NCBI GenBank assembly: GCA_964035545.1
Contig: OZ037768.1
Coordinates: 4,558,741 to 4,622,740 of the forward strand
Reading direction: 5' to 3'
DNA length: 64,000 nt
From: Bugula neritina
Lineage: Eukaryota > Animalia > Bryozoa
Shown: piece after piece, positions 59,901 through 64,000 of the stretch
Layout of the letters: every line of letters begins with the position of its first letter
Numbering within the stretch: the first letter of the stretch is position 1
Position numbers and translations under genes: made by a program
Notes under the pieces: generated by a model
The model's input: only the letters and a program-made list of their open reading frames with translations
Database searches by the model: none
What the model was told of the DNA's origin: nothing

Positions 59901-62900
59901 ATTACAACACAAGCATACGTTATATCACCTGGTATTTTAGCATAAAATTAGAATAGACAAAATATTGTTTAAATTGGGTTGCCCATATAGGAAGAGGAGG
60001 GCTAGATACTAAGATACATAGGCTAAACTGTGCTTTAGTACAATGTGTCCAGCCTCCATGAGTTGATTTTAAAGAGCCAATGGTTATATTATATTATATA
60101 TATAGTCATATAAGATTTTGTAATAGTTCTACTGCTTGTTCATTGTTTTTAGTAGTTATTGTCAAATTTCTAGAAATATTCCCAAACCAGTGATATTCTC
60201 CCTAAGCTGCAGTAAGCACTCTGCTATACAGAGTATAACCTACCTGACCCTGTCGGACCCAGCATAACAATATTAGACTTGTCCAGTATCATAGTGTATT
60301 TATCCGAATCTAATATATCACTGCCCGAGGGTTTATCGTCACCTTGACCCTGCACCTCTGGCCTTGAACTCTTTGATGGTCCCAGAGCAGAGCTGAGACC
60401 CTGCAGCTGGTTCAACTCTACAATAAGTAGAGTAGTAGAACAATAGCCCTAAAAGCCTTGACGTACATAAGGAGAAATAACTCTCAGTCTAACATAGCTT
60501 GAGTTTCAGATATCCAAGTAACCTTTAGGATGGCGGAGGTGGTCAATGAGGGCCTCGTTGGTGTAGGCAGATGTGAAGGAAGAACTGCCGGGGATCGGGA
60601 TGTTATTATACACGCGTTTATAATGGTTGTAGACGGCTACGGAGAGAACCTTTTTACTTCTTTCTTGGCCAACAACAAACTTGTTTAAATACTCGTATAT
60701 CTAAATAAGAAAGTAATGTTGTTGGTAGATTATGTGGAAGTAGACATGCTTGAAGTGTAGGTAAGCTAAATCTAGGCACATAGTAGGCCTTTATGATAGT
60801 CATACTACTCATAGGAATGTAGAGAGATTATGACACACAAAGAAGGTTCAAACAGATAAATAGTTGAATCACTGTGAGATATTTGGATGAGGAAAGAGGA
60901 AAGTTCAGCAGCCTACACTGTATACCGTGGAGTGTATACTGTAGAGTGTAGAGTATACTATAGAGTGGCAACCAACAACATGACAAAGTGTAATACACTA
61001 ACCAACTAGCTGATAATTATACATGGAGAAACTCTAAATATATGTTATCTTTCTAGCAGTTGCCAAACTCAACAAACAATGAATATACTGTGAAAGATGG
61101 TAGCTATGAACTAGTATCCCTTTCAACAAACTTCACAAACAAAACTTCGTCATCTTTAAATTCTGACAATTATACTAAAATTACTATTAATTATTCAACA
61201 GTTGATATTGCTGATATACCAATGACAAGATAAACTCCATAGAGTGAACACCTAGAGTGTGCCCCCTAGAGTGTGCCTCCTAAAGTCTTAAGGATACGCA
61301 TAGTCACCTTCTTGGGGGGTGGAGGGGGTTTCCTCTTTCCTGTAGGATTTATCTCCTCCGACTCTCTCAGAGACTGCCCAGTCTCACAGTGGAAGATATG
61401 ATCACACTTGAGACACTTGAGATATCTGCTAGATGCTACAAGGTGTATACAATGTTAGTAGAACAGACTAGATGTTGAGCAATGGCATAGCAGGAAACTA
61501 ATTTGATAAATTTATACAACACAATGTAACTTCTGTATTGACTGTTCCCACATTTGTACAATATTATATAATAGCTATAAATTGTACATATATTTTAATA
61601 TTATATAATACAATATAGAAGTCATATGAGCAAATGGTAGACATCCCAGATGAAACTTACACAGAAACTGCACTAGTAGCGTAGGTTCTCCACATTTCGG
61701 ACAAGAATATTTGGGAGGGTCTTTACCAGAGCCGTCTCCAGACCCTTTTCCAGGAGTGGAATTGTCTCCACCACCTATTCAACAATATCCAACAGAGAGT
61801 GAGAATACGTTGACTATTACATTGTGATCAGTAGCTGCAGGTATTGTGTGATAATGTCTTTTACACTTGTTCTCCATCCAAGAAAAATATTGTACAAGCC
61901 AGCTGCACATATTATACGATCTGAATAATACTAGAGCTTCTAGAGTGAAAGGTGAAGGTTACACACACAAGTAGCCTATTTACATATTACTGAAAAGGTT
62001 AACAACACTGGTGTGACCAGCATTCTTACAGGCTGGGACCAGCAGTAGCCTTGTAAACCTAATTAGTAGAAGATATTGGAAGTTATGTAGAATGCTGACA
62101 GTTCCAGTAACTGCTTCCACTTGCAATTTTCAGATTTTCAAAATGGACAATTCAACTTCAAACCAAGGGACATAAATCCAATAAAAGAAAACAAGCAATA
62201 GCAAAGCAGTCAATGTTCTATATATAGCCAAATGGTTAGTAAGTGACTTCACTGCTCAGTCTGCCTTCCCAGGCTTGAGCTACTAGTGCCAGTGGTGTGA
62301 TGAAAAGACCTTACCCAGACACTGCTAGACACTGCTAGGAGAGTAAATAGAATGCATTCTTTAAAGTAGCTCAAAATTATAATGTAATTAGGATTTCTAG
62401 CAATAAATCCACCTAACTATGAAAATCAACACTAGCCAATAACAAAACAGGAGAATGAGATATATTTTAATTAATTTAACATTTTAGCTTATGATGTTAT
62501 AATATCCACTACTAGTACATATACATACTGAATTAGTACAACTACTACAACATTTTATAATAAAAATATATATTTTCTACTTCATTACATATTGTACTAT
62601 GATAGTCGCATTTTACTGCTTCAGAACTGACATCACATACATGTATTGAATGTTTTCTGTATTTAAACATATTATAAAATATTGGTTATTAATGAGCATT
62701 TTTTGCTTATTTGTAAACAAATGAAGCGAATTATAAGCTGTTGTCATTTTGAGAATACTAAGCACATAATATAATAACCAATAGCCCATGACATAGAATA
62801 TGATTTCATACCAGAGTTTACTCCAAATGAACGACCACCACCCGAATATCTGCCAATCCTGCGCAGTAACAAAGGTTCCACAGAGTGACTGGCTGGTAAG

Positions 62901-63787
62901 GAGCTAGAACTTCGCGTCGGGGAAGTACATCTGGCGAGACCTTCCAGGGCAAAGATAGGAGGGTAGCTGGACGTGGAACTGGCGTGTGTGCATGCTGTGT
63001 GGTGGGACCTACCTGCTACAGCCTCTCCTGCAAACAGATACTTAGGCTAAACACAACTAAATATATAGTCTGCAGCATTGTGTGACATAGATGTTAACTA
63101 AACTGTCCTTTTTTCAGATATTCCAAGATGGTAGCGGAGTATCACAACTCTATTTAATAGCATAGAGGTGGGCAGAAGCTCAGACTAATATGATTAGACT
63201 CATAAGGGAAAATGTCAGTTACACAGACTAGTAGTTTTTTAATATTAATGGATGTAGAGTATCCCCTGCTATACTACAGTCTTCTTCTATCAGATAGTGG
63301 TGTAATTTCACTTGACTGACACACTTAACTAACAGCGCAAATCCTGCCACCCCCACCTCCCACATCACAACTTCGTATGCTATCATCTAAGACATGGTAT
63401 CACATCAAAGAGGGGTAGAATTTAGGACATTCCTCAAGTAGAAGCTATGAAACTGCAAAGGTATTCTATCATCTAGACTTTTAACATGGGTTGACTCACC
63501 AGCTTGTGCAGTGACTAACTAGAGACTGGCAAACCCATAAGAGCAAATATAAAGACTTGAGAGCTAGAGTGATGCTATGTTTAGCATGAGTGTATGAAAT
63601 ACATATAAATTGCTCAAAACACTTACCTAAAAGACTACACAAAGAAACATTATATTAATTCAATTACACTTTTTACAGTATATTTTATATCATACTGACC
63701 AGTTGGAAGAGGAGAAGCAGCGAAGTGACAAGAGGGTAAGGAGAGGTGGGCAGCTGTCCCCTGTGTAGCTCGGAGAAACACCCTCAT
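56931..63787 (-). CDS. CLPX: Mitochondrial ATP-dependent Clp protease ATP-binding subunit ClpX, multi-exon (5' end may extend beyond the window)
   Basis: CPKCG...CLKC zinc finger, [33 protein letters not shown]|KT (Walker A), [22 protein letters not shown] (Walker B), [23 protein letters not shown]; stop at 56931-33. Confidence 0.96.
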
Positions 63788-64000
63788 GCCGGGTGTAAAG
63801 TGACAGACTCCAACTCTTGAACACAAAGTAATGACTAGCATTAACAAAAGGACATTAGAGTCTATTGAGTCAACAGCACAACACACTGGTTGTTGATGCT
63901 GAAAATTAATATCAAAAACTGAATCAAAAACTGGTGACTCTCATTAAAATGCCCACTTTTTAGACACATTTTGTATAAGGGGGCTTGTAAGTCATTATAC

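Overview
AT-rich, intron-containing invertebrate (metazoan) genomic DNA; the species cannot be determined from the sequence. Left to right: 3' end of a thioester-protein/alpha-2-macroglobulin-family gene (+); ANKRD13 (-); POLR2J/RPB11 (+) with a 1.8-kb 25-bp intronic satellite; a MITE; a decayed Academ-type DNA transposon; an intact, very young Gypsy LTR retrotransposon (-) with a UUUAAAC -1 frameshift signal; a 3.6-kb nested palindromic element; a PARP14/15-like macro-PARP (+); a CUB + 4xSushi single-pass receptor with ITIM-like tail (-); a 3-exon orphan ORF (+); and mitochondrial CLPX (-). The Gypsy element appears to sit inside intron 1 of an unrecognised secreted polyprotein gene (signal peptide + 14 KR-delimited 25-aa peptides with a Gly-Pro-Pro core, premature stop in copy 12). 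That precursor and the ITIM-bearing CUB/Sushi receptor are the best novelty candidates. All gene models and alignments were made by eye; no database searches were run.
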